Below, in pieces: positions 49,411 to 62,594 of a stretch of DNA of 64,000 nt. Both the position numbers and the translations under genes were made by a program. The stretch covers positions 18,788,001-18,852,000 of the forward strand of contig NC_087252.1 in assembly GCF_037042905.1 (NCBI RefSeq), read 5' to 3'. Positions within the stretch are counted from its first letter, which is position 1. Each line of letters begins with the position of its first letter. The stretch comes from Lytechinus pictus (taxonomy: Eukaryota). The notes below the pieces were generated by a model. That model was not told the origin of the DNA, ran no database searches, and saw only the letters and a list, made by a program, of their open reading frames with translations.

Positions 49411-52400
49411 TTTATATCGTTTTCAAGTAATTGTGTCAGGAGAAAACAAAAATGAAATTCTTTTATCAATTCTGTCCATATGCTGCATGGTTCATCGTTC
49501 TTGCAGGAGGCAAAAAATAAATTTATATAAGAAAGTCTTATTTTATTTACTTTCAGATAAAAATTGTGCTAAGGAGAGATTAAGGTTATGTGTAAGACAG
49601 GGGTGGTGGTAATGGTATGTTGGTTAAGGTTGTGTATGAAGAAAGTCAAGTGATTGCTTGCTTGTGCAGGAGGATATACTTCAATAAACTTGTTGTAAGG
49701 CATAATGCAAAATTATTTATAATAGAACTTAATTGAGAGAAAAGTATTTGGCACGTTAAGATGCACAATAATGTACATGTCATTGAAGCAAATGAGAAAT
49801 GAAAGGAGTAAAGGTAGCTACAAGTGTCACTGAGAGAATTGCCAGTGGTGTTATATTTATAGCATAAATCTTTGTTTAAAAGTTATTTTATTTTAGGAAA
49901 TTTAGTCCCTTCAGTTTGAAAGTATAGAGGGCGGACCATGGAACACTGACCATGGAAAAAAGTCCCCCCCCCAAAAAAAAAAAAATAAATAAAATAAAAT
50001 AAAAAAAATATTACCAAGAAAAGAAAGAAAGGTGAAACACATTATTTTCTGAATATTATGTCAAATCTATCACAAAATTAGATATTTGATATTAAAATTT
50101 TGAATATTTTTCCTTGCTCGCAAGTTTTTATTTTACCTGATATGCCATATTTAGCCCACTGATTTTTTCCTAATTTCAAATATATTATTATAATTGGGTG
50201 GAATACCCTTTACACTTTTTCCAGGATTGATAAGTCTTTATTTTTCTGATAAGGAAATTGCGTTTCTTTTAAGGAAAAAAGTACTGCAAGCATGGTGAAT
50301 AGCTTGACCCCCCCCCCCTTCAAAGCAAACTGGAGTATATAGGTTAAGGTTGGGAATAATGCGATTGCAAGAGTGACCAGTGAATGTGGAGGAGCTACTA
50401 ATGAGTATCTCAGCTCCTTTTAGAGATGTTTGTAGAACTGACGTACATAATAGGGAGGGTGGGGTTCTTGGGGCTCTTCCCCCCCCCCCCAAAAAAAAAA
50501 AATAATAATAATAATAATAATAATAATTCACGACCAAGAAAAAGATAAAAGAAATGAGGGTGAAATAGAATATTTTTTGATATTATGTGAAAATCTAACA
50601 CAAACTTGGATTTTAATGTCAATTAAAAAAATAATTTGCTCGCTTAATTTCTTTTTTTTTTTCAATTTATCGAGATACACCATATAAAAAGACAAGAATA
50701 AATAAATGAATTGAAAATATTACTTCGAATGGGAAAGTCAATTCTGAGGGAAAGGAAAAGAGGCACGCTTGTGTATGTGGACGCGAGATCAGATCAAGGT
50801 CATGTCGCTTCGCCCCACGCGACGCTGGCCCCACCATTTACCAAGTACATAACCCAAACAAAGATTCAATTCCATATTTCCATTTTCTATCAAAGCTAGC
50901 TCCGGGCAAAGTTCCACCGGACTTCGATAAGGTAGGAAGGATTATACAATCAGATTGGTTATGATTTAATTCAAACAAATGTGCACTTGATCTAGATGTA
51001 ATTGGCGTGTAACGTTAGATTTATTTTTCCGTAGATCTAAGTAACTTCCTCAGGCCTAAAACGCAGTTACGGCACGCTATTATAGGCCTAGATCCACGTC
51101 TAACTGCACTGTAATACGATGGCGATCGATCTGGACTTCATATTAGACCAAAAAGGCAAAACTAAAAAAAAACTTTGGTCTCTGTCATTGTTCCGCTGGA
51201 CTCCGTTGCCTCCACTAACCAATTGAGAAATAAGAAATTGAAAAAAAATGTGTAAAATCCCCTCGAAAAAGCCGGCTGCTGCAGCTGTCTGAAAAAGGTT
51301 ATATCTTCTTCACGTTGCAGTGCACCTACCGCACGGTAACGTACATTGACGGATTTTGAACTTCTCGATACGGTACGATGCTGCAGGCGCAGTCGAGCTA
51401 GCTCGCACTCAGGCAGCGCTAACGTTAGTCCGAACCTAAGTTGGTCAATATTAACAAATAAGTAATGACAATGTTCGTTGTCAACACCTCATTGCTAAGA
51501 AATTCAAGTTCATGCTGCTGATACATGATTTTGGGGTTGAGTTCTGCTTCCTAACTCGTGTGATGCAATGGCGACGTTTCATATGGCCCTAGCAGACGAA
51601 ACTCTCAAATGCGGCACTGAGCATGCTCAGTACTGCTTTATTACACTGAGCATGCTCAGTGCAGTGTTATAATAGTATACTAGCTTCAGTCCATGATTTA
51701 ATCCATGGACTAAAGTTAGCACCGGGGTATAACTCAGCCGTGGGTTAAATTTAGCACCGGGTGCTAAAGTTAGTCCATGGATTAGTTAGTCCACCGTTTG
51801 TGAATAGCGCGGTGGACTAACTTTATACCCCGGTATTAGTTAACCCCCGACAAAATTTAACCCCGGTATAACTTTAGTCGACCTTTGTGAATTCGGGCCA
51901 TAGATTATGACAAAATTAGATTAAAACAAAAACAAAAAATATACAAACATTGAATAATAATGTACCACATTTTGAAAATAATATATCGCTAAATTATTGT
52001 CACAATTTTTTGTACATCTTCAGTAAAACAGGATTAAATTATGTCATAAATAAACCAGTCTGCTAATTTTACCCGGATTTTGTCAAGCTCATTTTGTGAC
52101 CACCCGAATCCTTTCAGAGCACTTTTTTAGTAGATTGTAGAATTGATTTATTTTCATTTCCTCTTTATCATAATTTTTGGTTGAAAAGGTTTTACATCAA
52201 ATATCATGCTTAAAAATATAAAATACTTGTTCCTGTATTTTTCATAAAATATTACATGGTGGTGACAACGGCTTTAAGACTTTGCATATCAATATGATAT
52301 CAAGTACACGTGAGGTGGATACGTCTTCATCTAAATTTCGCTGCACCATAATGCGCCTACACAATCAAACACTGCCTCTTGAGTATACAAGCGCCGTGGC

Positions 52401-52626
52401 TGGCATTGACCGCGCAGGTGCCCCGGGCCGGTCGGTGCTGAGGTAGGGTACGGTTGCCTGCATGCATATGCTAACACAATTTTTTGTAAAATTATGGTAT
52501 GAAAATATTAGATGTGACATAGACATTCGCCCTTTGATAGTTCTCAAGTCAAGACCCGTCGGAATATACATAGCTCGATACTGAGCCAGATAATTTCTGT
52601 CTAATATTAGGTCGAACGTTAGACTA

Positions 52627-54425
52627 CAGTGCGTCCCAAAAAAAACTATACACTTTTGAAATGGCTGCCAAATAAAAAATATAACATTTTGGGGAAAAAG
52701 ACTTACATATATGGAAAGCCAATAAAATCAACTTTCAAATGACACCAAAAAATTGGAAAATTGTTCATGCTTGAGCGAGCACTGCCCACTGAAACAAAGG
52801 GTATGAAAATTAGGGTGGGCTGGAATTAGCCTTCCAATTTATGTCAGTTTTTAAGAGGCAAATCCTTTCGAACTTGCAAAGTTAAGGGCGTTGTGATAAA
52901 TTAATGATCAACCGTGACCAGTTTTGGTTGCTTATGCAAATTTTATAAATTATCAAATTGAACTTTAATGCATGAGTGAACACAAATTACACTTTTGGGG
53001 CAGCATTTCAACTTTATCATTTGGATCTCTTTTTGGGCAGCATTTCAACTTTATCATGTGGATCTCAGCAGTGTGTTCATGATGGGAGTCGGGAGAATAG
53101 GGGATGAGATAGGACTTAAGTGGGAGAAGTAGGTTGATGGAATAAGGGTCAACAGAACATTCAGCCCCCACCCCCTCTCTCTTTCCCGCCCTCCCCTCCT
53201 GTTGAGAGACTGATGGCTATTGTCATGTACGCGTGAAGTCCAGAGCGGAATGTTGATTTAATGATTAATTCTGAATTGGGGCATCAACTTTTTCCTTTCA
53301 ATCATTTCATCAACAATTTATCAGTAAATCAACTCATTCAATGTGCAATGTGATCAATCAAACATTCAGTTTTTTTTCAATAAATTATTTCATTAATCAT
53401 CATAATCATTAAATTTCTTGGTAATAATTCAATAAAAAAGTGACCATCAGCCATCGGTCACTTGTCAGCTTAGTTTTGAATAGGCTACAATCTAGGAAGT
53501 GAGACAGAGAGGGGGGGCTGGGAAATGGAGGTGGAGAGTACATAATTATGACTTTTAATTTGTAAAAGGACAAAAAGAAGAGGAATGCCCTTTTAACCAA
53601 GTCTTAGCATATCTCGCCCTCTTGCTTGTAACAGGTACCATCACATTACTCTGACTCTCACGAACACACTTCTGAGGTCCAAAAGATGAATATGCTACAC
53701 TAAAATTTCAATTCCTGTTCACCCATGCATTAAATTTCAATTTAGTAACTCATGAAATTTGCCTAAGAAACCAAAACTTATCTCACTAATTAATTTAGCC
53801 TAGCAAGTTCGCAAGGACTAACCACTCAAAAAAAATGTAAGGCTAATTCCTGCCCAGCCTAGCCGAGCTTAGTTTCCGAGGAGAGAAGCGGGGAGGGGGG
53901 GTTGAGATGGAGGGAGGGGTTGCTAAATGTTCTGTTGACCTTTATCCCATCAACGTACTTCACCCACCTAAGTCATATTACCCCCTCTTCTCCTGACTTT
54001 CATAAACACATTGTTGAGATCCACATGATAAAGACAAAATGCTGCACTAAAAATTGCAATTTACGATCACTCATGCATAAATTTTCAATGTATAAATGAA
54101 TTCAATTTAATAACGCATTAAATTTTCAAAAACAACAAACTGATCACAACTGATCTTTAATTCACCAAATAACCCTCAACTTTGCAAGTACCAAACAAAA
54201 AACCTGAAAGAAATTGGAAGGCTAATTCCGGCCCACCCTAATTTTCATACCCTTTGTTTCAGTGGGCAGTGCTCGCTCAAGCATGAATAGTTTTCCAACT
54301 TTTTGGTGTCACTTGAAAGTTGACTTGATTGGCTTTCCATATCTATAAGTTATTTTCCCCAAAGTGCTATATTTTTTTATTAGGCAGCCATTTCAAAAGT
54401 GTATAGTTTTTTTTGGGACGCACTG
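52627..54425. mobile_element. Tc1/mariner-type non-autonomous element with long TIRs
   Basis: TA|CAGTGCGTCCCAAAAAAAACTATACAC...GTGTATAGTTTTTTTTGGGACGCACTG|TA; about 210 bp of close TIR plus more diverged arms. Same terminal 12-mer as 8387-9169. Confidence 0.92.
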
Positions 54426-54427
54426 TA

Positions 54428-55290
54428 TATAGGACTTGGCTTTTGCTAGTAAGTTTAATGGCCGTATTCGATCCTGCCTGATGGATTGCAAAATGTGCGT
54501 TGGATTTGTGGATATAGCAGGATTATTCTAGATTTTCAGACTACAATTTACAAGGGCACTAGTATTCTACCCGTTTGGAGAGTTTCCTCAAATTTATAGA
54601 AATATAGAATTTACCTGAATTTCAGACCCGTCTTATTTCCAAAAGCAAATGCTGGTTATTCTTTTCCCGTTATTTTTTTTTTTCAACCATTTGACTGTGT
54701 GCGCGGGCGATCGAATTATACGGCGACGGATTTTGGTACTAGTATTCAACCCGTCGGCACTAGTATTCAACCTAGCGATGAAAGATGGCCCTGTCTCTCA
54801 ATCTGCCCTTGTCCCATCCGACTATGGACTAGACCATTTGAGATGAGACCAAACAGGGAATTAATCAAAGCCAGAGATTTACATAGATCTAGATCTAATT
54901 TAGCAATCTAAACCCTTTTGAGATTTGATATCAATCCTCACTAGGTTGAATACTAGTACCATTCAGTGCAAAAGGCCATCGCCGCATAATTCGATCCTCC
55001 GCGCATACAGTCGACAGATTGACAAAGAAAATATCGACAACAGATTACCCTGGAAATAACAAAGGTGTGAAATTAAGATAAATTCCCTATTTCTAAATAT
55101 TTTGGGGAATATGTCAAAATCTTTGAATTATGCCGGGTTGAATACTAGTACCCATACGGTAAGTGAAAATTAAAATTCTTACCTTAAATTTCTATCATTC
55201 CTCATCCGCCATGGTGCCACATTAATGACAGACCAAGTCTATATCCTTCAAGTCCATATCTAGCTAAATCGAGTCGCGTCGAGATTATCA
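54428..55290. repeat. Old foldback element with repeated ACTAGTATTCAACC motifs
   Basis: Motif forward at about 54558, 54738 and 54759, inverted at about 54944 and 55136; cgatcgaattatacggcga pairs with tcgccgcataattcgatc. Confidence 0.6.
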
Positions 55291-55372
55291 TGCCAGTGCA
55301 GTGCGCGCGGCCAGCATATCATTCGCGCACCGAGGTACAGGTGACAGGGGAAGTTTTGGCGCGGCCAGACTA

Positions 55373-55530
55373 GGGGAGTGTGTCATCAACATTTTCATCC
55401 GACAAGTTGTCAGATCTGACATCTTTCTCTGATGTTGATTGGCTGAGAGGTACTGTTACTATGGTAACTGTCGGATAAAATGGGACTTGTCGGATAAAAC
55501 GTCCGACAAGTCCTTTCATGAAACGCCCCC
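55373..55530. mobile_element. Short Harbinger-like MITE
   Basis: GGGGAGTGTGTCATCAA ... TTCATGAAACGCCCCC with internal TCCGACAAG/CTTGTCGGA repeats. Confidence 0.6.
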
Positions 55531-55909
55531 AGAACATCACGGTCTTGGCTCTGGCGTTAGCTTGTGTAGATTTGGTAGGGGCAGCGAAATTAAGCAGAAG
55601 AGCGGTAACACAAATGTCACCAGTCTATGTATTTTTATTGCTATGTAAACTACAAGAATCATGATTACCTTTTGTCTTACAATTTTTAAAAATAATAATA
55701 TTTAACACATTTTTTTCGAGGCTTCATGATAAAAAAAAATTGTAAAATTGAACAAACGAAAAAAAATCAACTCTACAATCTTCCAAAAAAGTTCTCTGGG
55801 AGAAGATGGTCACAAAATCTGAGCGCAGTGGACCTTCCTAAAAGCAACACTGCCGTGTGTTGCTGCCCTCTACGTTCATTGGCCGCGACCAACTAGATGA
55901 GCGCGTAGC

Positions 55910-56334
55910 AATATGAAAAGCACCTCATAGCTGATGGTCTGCATCTCAACCGCTCTGGTGTCACGATGTTTGCTTCATCTCTTGTTCGTCATATCAATCA
56001 AATAGAACATGACAACATGTCAATCGCTGATCGTGCAACAGATCGTCGTCATGCTCCACAACACCAGTTATATGAGCCGATCACCAGTCTTCCTCAATCA
56101 CGCCGGTACGCGGATATTAAAGCATCGATGCCTCAGCTCGCCGATCGTCAATGTTTACAAAGTGAGACACACCCACTTCTATCAACCTACGAGCGAGATG
56201 GACAGGCAACACACCCCAGCCGAGCCCATTCTAGTGATAATGAAAATGCAGTATTCAACGAACCATTGCATGCGCACTCTACGTACAAAGGCTGCTTCAA
56301 CTGCGGCGAACTGAATCATAAATTTCCGTCTTAA
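55910..56334 (+). pseudogene. CR1/L2-type ORF1 fragment (end of SGNH esterase domain plus truncated zinc knuckle)
   Basis: In frame: HLIADGLHLNRSGVTMFASSL...GCFNCGELNH, then truncation. Confidence 0.6.
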
Positions 56335-57195
56335 TTTTAAAGATTCTTGAAATATCCTAGTAGGAAGTAATTTGACTTACCACGTATGTGGGTTAAGAAA
56401 TACTTCATAGAAATAATCTAAAACTCCTTCCTGACATAGCAGCATAAAATATGATAACTCGTCGATGAAACAAATCCATTATGTGGCTGCTAAATCATAG
56501 CAAAATGGTAAAAACGATGAAGTTGATATTGCCCCTAAGGCAAAAACAAATCGAGATAATTCATGTCAGCTCCATCCAAACCAATACATTGTAATGACCC
56601 AAATTAATAGGCCTACAGTACACGACGTCTTCGGAGGTTTTAGGGCGTAGTAAATTTGCCTAACAAAAGTTTTACGAATAATTTGCATATACGTATGCGC
56701 TTCGCCTAGACGTATGTCCAGTCTTTAAGAAAAGCTCTAAACTAGTCAAATTCATACACTCAACCTTGACAAAATAGTAATAGATTCTAAATGTGGTTAA
56801 GTAAGGCCTATATATTTTTTTTTCTATTTTTTTAATCGGTATTAATACATGTATATTATTATTCTTATACTTAATGTTTAGTAGTTTTAGAACCGGCACT
56901 GATCTACACGTTAAATTGAATAGATATTTGGCAAAAAAATCTGACAAATTTTGAGGTGAAATTAGTTTTCGTGCATCTCCAGATCAACCGGTGCGAAACT
57001 TTATTAGCGCCCAATTACTCTCTAAACTTGTCATTGACATTAGAACGTCCAAACCGATACACGTCAGCCTGGAATCTAGTACTAGCACAATCAGCTATGC
57101 ATGTGCACCAATTCTATCTGTATTTTCTTGCATATATGTACGTCACTCGAGTTAAAGGTCATGTCATTGTGTTATACAGCGTGGGAATTGCAAGC

Positions 57196-57447
57196 AAGTG
57201 ATCCTTTGAAATTTTTACCTGCTTACAATTAACATTTCTTAAGCCTTTTTTCATATTTAGAGTACAAAGGCTTACAAATTGGAAAAAATTAAATGTTTGC
57301 CCAAAAATTATTGTGGGAAAGGTGGATTTTCTCCGGAAATCCATCTTTGTGTACAAAGTTCTACAGTCAACAGAGACTTGTCTAGGCTCCGTGAATGAAA
57401 ATACAATGTAAAATGATAAAAATAATATCATCACAGAGTCATCTAAG
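57196..57447 (+). repeat. Dispersed repeat, copy 1 (copy 2 at about 58907-59170)
   Basis: Shared aaggcttacaaa...aaattaaatgtttgcccaaaaat...gaaaggtggattt...gaaatccatctttg...cttgtctaggctccgtga. Confidence 0.85.
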
Positions 57448-57613
57448 TACAGTTAGGACTATAGAGCTATTACAGTAATAGCTCTATGTTAGGACCATTG
57501 ACAGATATAAGGTGCCCCATGATTGCGCACATCCGAATCTGCGCGATTCTGATAATAGAAGATACCCAATGCTTTAAAAAAAATAATAAACTTTACACCT
57601 GAAATAGCTTACT

Positions 57614-57795
57614 GTACTTACTTACCTACTGCCCGATGCCTCCTGGCATGTAGGGCAACAACGAAGGACCTCCACTCCTGGCGGTTCTGGGCCTTCTTCT
57701 GGAAACTCCCCCAGGCTAGGTCATATTCACCGACTTCATCTCCTCCTCAAGTGTGACACCAGGACAGGTAGTTTTGGGTCCCCCTCTTTTTCTCC
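57614..57795 (-). mobile_element. RTE-clade LINE 3' end
   Basis: Minus strand KAQNRQEWRSFVVALHARRH followed by a (GTAA)n tail. Confidence 0.75.
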
Positions 57796-58329
57796 TGAAA
57801 TGTCATGAACAGATCTATTCATAAAAAATATGACTAAAAATGGTGGGAAAATAATGAATTTAGGGCATTGGCAAGAGTTCCAAATGCACCCCCATTAAAA
57901 TTGAAAATAAAAACACGAAGAAGGTTCAGAATAATATATCTAGCCCAATATAGAACATACATGATGGAGGAGTGGAAATACATACTAAAATATGGCTTTA
58001 TTCCGTCAAATTTCGAGCATGTATCTAAGTTAGTGTGTGTTGCTGTCCATATAGACATCGGTTTATTTAGTCAGTAAAGGGTCTGTGAGTCAAGTCTGAT
58101 AATCGTTAAACTACCCCTTCCGGTATCAGCGCTTCTCCCTAGCATAGCAGGAACAGGTGACTTGACTGCAGATAAAACGAGGCGAGTTCAAGTCCCAACT
58201 AAGGTGCCGACACAACGGTAAATTTTTTTAGAAAAATCTGAAGTGAACGAACAGGAATTAAGTTTCAGGTTTGAGGCTACACTGACTGCTTCCTTCAATC
58301 CTGAAGATTCTTGCAGTATTGTAGTACCG

Positions 58330-58640
58330 GGGACCGGCAGGTGCAATACACCGGGTGATCACCCTTCTCTTTGGAGAATAGTGTATTGGTTTTAACGTGC
58401 ATAGGTTATGACTCTCCTATACACGGTACCAACATTTGCGTCCTTTCCGATGGACGGAGTGTTTTCCAACTGCATTCACACCTACACTGAATACAGTGGT
58501 GAGGCACGCTTACACACAACGCTATAGCATCAGATTTTTTGTTAGACGCGTTTCGGCATGAGCGGGAGTCAAACCCCTCACGTTAAGATCTACGATCTTA
58601 TCCGAAACATGCGCTCTAACCGACTGAGCTACGCTGCCTC
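58330..58640 (-). mobile_element. tRNA-derived SINE with Deu/Nin-like central domain
   Basis: Minus strand A box TAGCTCAGTCGG and B box GGTTTGACTCC, then CCGTCCATCGGAAAGGACG...GCACGTTAAA...CACTATTCTCCAAAGAGAAGGG...CCCGGTGT. 3' boundary uncertain. Confidence 0.75.
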
Positions 58641-58906
58641 CAACAACCTTCAACAAGCCTAAAAAAATAAGGAGAGCCATTTATTGAGGTCCATGGAATT
58701 ATAAACACGAAGGACTGATCTCTGCGACATCACTTTCAGAAGTATTCTCAAGACCAAGTGAACTTACTTCACATTTTTTAATAAATATGATGATGTGCTG
58801 TTTATCATTTATAGTTGAATCATTGATTCACAATCCCATGTATTTTTTCCTCATGTGCAAATATAATTTTACAGCACTCTGTAGTAGATATGCAAGATCT
58901 GCAAGG

Positions 58907-59170
58907 AAGTGGTCCTTTTTCTAAGAAAATTTCAAATTTGTACATTTTACAATTAACTTTTTAAAGCCTTTGTACACATTTAGAGTATCAAGGCTTACAA
59001 AATTGAAAAATTAAATGTTTGCCCAAAAATCATTGTTGGAAAGGTGGATTTCCTAGAGAAATCCATCTTTGTTTTCACAGTTGTACGAGCAACCTTATAG
59101 GGGGCTTGTCTAGGCTCCGTGATGAAAATACAATGTAAAATGATAACATTTTCTTCATGGAGTCCTCTAG
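58907..59170 (+). repeat. Dispersed repeat, copy 2
   Basis: Homologous to 57196-57447. Confidence 0.85.
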
Positions 59171-59443
59171 GCTAGCCAGTGACATGGGCCCATGGCCATC
59201 AATTTTAATTCATGTTTTTGCATAACCAAATGGCGTGGAATTGGAACTGGAAGTATAATTTCAGATTGACCTCCGAAATGAAACATGCTCAATTAGTCTG
59301 AACTAAAATAACATTTCCTGATTTTTTTTCTTAAATCTGGAGGCTGAGGTAATTTTTTTATCTTTGAAATCAAATTGGTTCTCAGACAATTTTTTAAACC
59401 TCTGACTTACCAGTAAGTGTGGGGGTACCGTAGGTGTAGAATC

Positions 59444-59950
59444 AAAGGGATGGTCCAGGCTGGAAATTATATATCTCAATAAATAGAGTAAGATTCACAG
59501 AGCAAAATGCTGAAAATTTGATCAAAATCGGATAACAAATAACAACGTTATTGAATTTTTAAGATTTGCATTATTCCGGTGAAACAGTTCAAGGCATGAG
59601 TCTTTATGAATATTCATTAGGTGGGCTGATAATGTCATATCCCCACTTGTCCTTTTGTATTTTATTATATGAGATTAGGTTTAGTAAAAAAATGTTCAAC
59701 CAAAAACTAAGACAATTGGATTGACAACTGATTATGTGCGTTAGTTATTTATTGACGCAACTTATTTCATTACAATGGAGATCATATGCATCATTTACAC
59801 ATGTTTGAAAAAAAATCAAACATGATTTCATTTAAAAACATATAAGAAAATGGAATGTGGAGATGTGGCATCATCAGCCCACCTAATGAATATTCATGAC
59901 GAAGTGCATACAACTGTTTTCACAAAATATTGATAAACTTTACAATGCAA
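59444..59950. mobile_element. Truncated Kolobok-like element
   Basis: Starts caAAGGGATGGTCC; shares aatgctgaaaattt.atcaaaatc with 48955-49410; internal inverted repeat atgaatattcattaggtgggctgat / atcagcccacctaatgaatattcat. Confidence 0.55.
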
Positions 59951-60575
59951 TCTAATCTTCGGATACATCGCATCTACCAGCAAAGTGCCACTACAGGAAA
60001 GGAAGGTACCTGTCTCATGTTTACTCTTCAGAGGCAGTGAGGGTCCCAAGATCTCAATAAACAATAATTAAAACAGACTCCGTTATCAATCCTTTAAAAA
60101 TAGTATGTATTATGTATTGAAGACAAATACTACATATGCTGATTGTCCAGTGCATATCCTTATGAACATTCTTTTCTATTGCATTATATTCAAATTTTGT
60201 CCCCAAGCTAGCTTGTAAAAATTGGATTGACTACATATTTACTGTGTAAGTTGATAATCGTTGTTGACACATGATACAAGAATAATACACAGCTTGCTGC
60301 ATGTACATAGTTTGTAACATATTTTTTTTCATTAAATTCCTAATTTGAATACCATACAGATATGTTTTGTGACGTTTGTCATTCTTTGATGTTATTTTTG
60401 TACAGATTTCAAGAGACTGAGGGATTTATTTACTAGAGAAAGTTCACAGTCCAATCCTGTTATATTGTGCATGTGGAAATTAACAACAAGTTTTCAATAC
60501 AATGCGACAAATTTTCCTTGATTCATCAGTCCTATGTGCAAGGATAATTATTTCACTTGTCCGTGCACATTCAAA

Positions 60576-61985
60576 AATTCAATTCAATTAAAAAATGGTC
60601 TTTATTTATAATCAAACATGTTAACAATCATACATGAAAAAACAGCAAAAGCTGGAAATATCATGTTTACAAGTTGGTGTTGGCACATTATTAAATACAT
60701 GGTAAAAACCACAGTAAAATACATTAAAAAGGCTATACATTCAAAAGTTAATACAATTTAAATAAAGCATAAAAGGCAATGAATGAATGAATGAATGAAT
60801 ACAATATGATAATGGCAGACTTGAAGGAGAGGAGATTGACACTTATTTAAATGACAAAAATAATTGTATGGTGGGGTGGGGATGACCATTTTGCATTGCC
60901 TTCCCTAGTCGACACACTCATCTTTTGTTGAGTATGTCAACCAAAAAAGGCAATGGACTGTTTTTAAATCTTGTTGTTCTTATTGGAAATTGTTGATAGT
61001 TGTTTGTACGACGAAGATATATGTTTGTATGTTTTTTCCGAGGTAGCCATGTCTTACACAAAGGATGCGTTGAAAGTGATTATGCAAACTTTTTACACAG
61101 TGTCAGTCTTCTCTCCTCAAGTGTTGGTAAATTACATACCTGACATGCATTTGTGTATGTGATGTAATTATGTCCTAAGATAATTTTACATACTCTCCGT
61201 TGTATTCGTTCAATAGTATTATTTTGTTTTGCTGTAAGACTGCTATGGAAAACTGGAGCACAATATTCTAAAATTGGTCGTATATAACCCATATATATTG
61301 TCACCAAATCCTTCAAAGGTAAATTGAACTTTTTCAGTTTCCTTAACATATATAATTTTCTATTGCACCTTTTAACCAAGTCATTGACATGTAAATTCCA
61401 TTTCAAATCAGATTGTATAATAACTCCGAAGAATTTTGATACTTTCTACATTACATAAGGCAGAGTTATTAATGGCAAGAACCTCGGGAGTGATCGGGTT
61501 TTTCATGAAAGTAATATGTAAGGTAAAGCACTTTGAGGGATTGAGTGACATATTATTTGATTGCGACCAGTATTGCACTGAATTAAGTACTGATTGTAAT
61601 TGCGAAGTGTCAGTTGATTTACGACATTGTACTAAAGACAAATCATCAACATATTTAAAATAGTGCATAGGAATATTTTCACATAAATCATTTACCATAA
61701 TTAAAAAAAGTATTGGGCCAAGTCGTGTCCCTTGGGGCACACCGGCATGATTAACTTTGATATCAGAAAAGATTCCATGATATAATGTACATTGCTTGCG
61801 ATATTCCAAAAAACTTACAATCCAATTTATGATCCATGGTTTTATGTGCATATCAATCATTTTTTAAATTAGAATATTGTAATCCAGGCGATCAAACGCC
61901 TTTCTAAAATCTGTACATACAACAGTGGACACAGATTTTTTGTTTTCTGCATTGTCATAGAGATGATGTAATAGACCAACAAGTT
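60576..61985 (-). pseudogene. 5'-truncated, frameshifted CR1/L2-group LINE (RT to 3' tail)
   Basis: DFRKAFD, GVPQGTRLGPILF, KYVDD, YIRPILEYCAPVFH, LEERR; AATAAA and (TTGAA)n tail at about 60576-60605. Confidence 0.9.
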
Positions 61986-62171
61986 AGATTGTTATAACAG
62001 GAGTGGACATTCAATGTAAAGATAATTAATTCATTTAAAAGCCCGGGGGTGTTGGTACCAACATTCTAATGTGTGTGTGCAAGGAAAGCGAAGAAGTGAT
62101 TATACGAGAAGAGTGAAAGATCAGGAATGTACATATTCATATGATTCATTTTTGTTTATGCTATACATTTC

Positions 62172-62455
62172 AGGGTGTTTCTAACTGGTACCAGTTGACA
62201 ACTCATGTTTCCAACTGGTCCTAACTGGCGTTTCCAACTTGTCCTGACTGGCACCAGTTGACAACTGGTGTTTACAACTGATTCTAACTGGTACCAGTTG
62301 ACAATGGGTATTCCTACTGGTACCAGTTGCCAACTGGTACCAGTTAGGACCAGTTGCCAACTGGTACTAGTTGCTAACTGGTACCAGTTAGGACAAGTTG
62401 CCAACTGGTATTTCCAACTGGTACCAGTTACAATTTGTCAACTGGAATCAACTGG
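62172..62455. repeat. Array of palindromic AACTGGTACCAGTT motifs
   Basis: Many full and half copies at about 11/22-bp spacing. Confidence 0.85.
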
Positions 62456-62594
62456 ATTATTCTACTTTCATTTACATTAATATCTGACTCACAATTATAA
62501 TTTATCTTATGTCTTACTCACAATTATTGTGCTGATATTGCATGTTAAACACTTCATCAGAACAAATGTGCACGATTAATCTGTCAAAAACCAA

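Larger units (their letters stand above)
35578..51899 (+). mobile_element. PIF/Harbinger DNA transposon, 16.3 kb including nested insertions
   Basis: TIRs GGCCCGAATTCACAAAGGTCGACTAAAGTTATACC / GGTATAACTTTAGTCGACCTTTGTGAATTCGGGCC; 3-bp TSD ATA; subterminal GGACTAAAGTTA repeats at both ends; Harbinger transposase remnants inside. Confidence 0.9.

Noticed and set aside
58560..58640. tRNA gene
   Set aside because: A and B boxes are present but there is no clean cloverleaf, and it continues into a SINE body.
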